A stretch of 64,000 nt of DNA, taken from the NCBI GenBank assembly GCA_964252035.1, contig OZ176202.1; one strand, given 5' to 3'. Shown one piece after another: positions 62,370 through 64,000 of this stretch. This stretch comes from Podarcis erhardii. Lineage: Eukaryota. Each line of letters starts with the position of its first letter. Positions within the stretch are counted from its first letter, which is position 1. The notes under the pieces were generated by a model. The model searched no databases and was not told the origin of the DNA. It saw only the letters and a program-made list of their open reading frames with translations. The translations under genes and the position numbers were made by a program.

Positions 62370-62580
62370 GATGATGGCTATGGCCTGCCCCCAAAGCCAG
62401 AGGTGTTACTGCTTCTGAATACCAGTTGCTAGAAGCCGCAGGGCGTGAGACTGCTCTCCTGCTCAGACCTTGCTTGCCAGTTTCCCACAGGCATCTGGTT
62501 GGCCATTGTGACAACAGGATGCTGGACTAGATGGGCCATTGGCCTGAAACAGCAGGCTCTTCTTGTGTGATCACATGTTC
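62370..62580 (+). mobile_element. CR1 LINE 3' end
   Basis: CTTCTGAATACCAGTTGCT...CACAGGCATCTGGTTGGCCATTGTGACAACAGGATGCTGGACTAGATGGGCCATTGGCCTGA. Confidence 0.82.
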
Positions 62581-63841
62581 AAGAGGTTGCTACAGGAGGG
62601 GGCTATTGACCCTGACATCAGGCAGAGTTCTTCATATAGGTCAATTCCCTCTACCCCAAAACCCCCGAGCCCACCCCACACTGTTCAGGTTGTGCCCTCC
62701 TGGCCTTCTGGAGAGGCTTTCCATGGGGTGTAGAGGGGACTTTCCTTTCACAAACTTCCTTAAATTAACTTATCTTAGGATATAAATTATTAACATAAAT
62801 ATTGATACTGTAGTAATAGTTTTGAAACTGAACCGCTTGGCCTTCCTAAATCAGTGGAGTTATATTGCTTTAAAAATGTTAGATTCTCCCCACCAAAAAC
62901 ACGCTCAACTCTATTAATTATAATCATTTTCACAGCTTATGCTGAAATAATATGTAAAACTGGTTTTTAAAATTAAGAGACTTATGGCTATCTTACTTAG
63001 CATATGTCTTAGATAACAGTTTTTGTAATGAAAACTACAATGTCACAGTCTCTGATCTAATCTGCACAAGCACTTAACCTGCTCGCCCACAGTAAAATGG
63101 GCAACTGGCAGTTAATATTAGAAATACTGAACAGATAAAAATATATGGACCATCAGTATCCCTTCTGATCTCCAACAATTGTATGTTTTCTCCTTATTAT
63201 ATCAGCCCAAGAAAAATAACACATCCTCATTGTAGAAATAAGCAGATCAGGAATCTAGAGGGAATTTTATAACTTCTCCTATTTTTCCACAACAGTTTGC
63301 CATCTGATTTGACTTATTTCCGCTTCAAAACACTAATACAATATAAGTAAATATTAATAATTATAATGGGCATATACATAGAAAGTTGAATGCATGACAC
63401 TCAAAGAAGATTATCATGGCAGTTTTAAACAACATACCTCTTTATGTGTTGGGTATGTATTCAAAATTTGAAACTGAAAAACATTAGAATCTGTCTGTAA
63501 ATTTCTTGTAAAATATCTATATCTATATCTAGTCACAGTCCTTCAGTAACATCAACACATTGATTAAAATATTGTTTAATAAATGCCAGTTAAACTCCTC
63601 CTGCTTCTCTTCCCGAAAGCTAGAAAGCCATAGTAAATTGAATTTTCATTTGTTCATCTGGTATGTTGAGTTGTAAAAATGCACAACACTAAATGAAAAG
63701 GGAGCAACACAAAGCATTAAAAGCAAAGAACAGAAGATCTCTTGTACAAATGTGAGGCAGCTAGTTTGACCCATTACGGCCGTTTTGTTCATCTGAAATA
63801 CTGCATCATCTCTCGCCCTGCAGATTGACAATTCAACTCAC

Positions 63842-63963
63842 CTGCCTTTCTTGTACACTTCATGAATTTCTTTCCCTTGCCAGTGAGCTCTGCATTCTGT
63901 GGACAAAACCCATGCCCAAAACAGCAAGAAAATGCTAAACTGCATTTTATGAACAGTCAACAT
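63842..63963 (-). CDS. GABRR1: GABRR1 exon 1 (signal peptide): MLTVHKMQFSIFLLFWAWVLSTECRAHWQGKEIHEVYKKG
   Basis: ATG at 63963-63961; 122 nt; donor AG|GTGAGT; ten exons sum to 1440 nt = 479 aa + stop. Confidence 0.96.
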
Positions 63964-64000
63964 GATATCCTCTGGTCTTATGTCCGGAAATAGTCCACAA

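Noticed and set aside
34504-63963. GABRR2 or GABRR3 as an alternative identity
   Set aside because: Pro at TM2 2', the SPILKRSPDITKSPLTKSEQLL N-terminus and the exon sizes all match rho1.

Overview
Vertebrate (squamate, most likely lacertid lizard, judged from Sauria-SINE, Squam3-like and RTE/BovB-type repeats) genomic DNA carrying the conserved SRSF12 - PM20D2 - GABRR1 block. The window has SRSF12 exon 1 (minus; the rest lies off the left edge), a complete 7-exon PM20D2 (plus; 1413 nt CDS, 470 aa) and a complete 10-exon GABRR1 coding region (minus; 1440 nt CDS, 479 aa; ATG 37 nt from the right edge). All exons were traced by hand with GT-AG boundaries and consistent phases. Nearly all other entries in the ORF track are chance or repeat-derived ORFs. 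I found no evidence for a new protein-coding system. The most unusual structure is at 3967-5900: a minisatellite of seven RTE/BovB LINE 3' tails, interrupted by a hAT element with a perfect 8-bp TSD. That hAT carries a one-ended Tigger-like element whose interior is an array of long GC-rich palindromes with an orientation flip. Other items worth checking are a promoter-intact solo LTR in sense orientation in GABRR1 intron 8, a candidate poison exon in GABRR1 intron 1, a SINE whose TSD duplicates a probable branch point, and extra segments in PM20D2 (a poly-Ala loop and a C-terminal tail ending CASR). Repeat family names and human comparisons are from memory, not from database searches.
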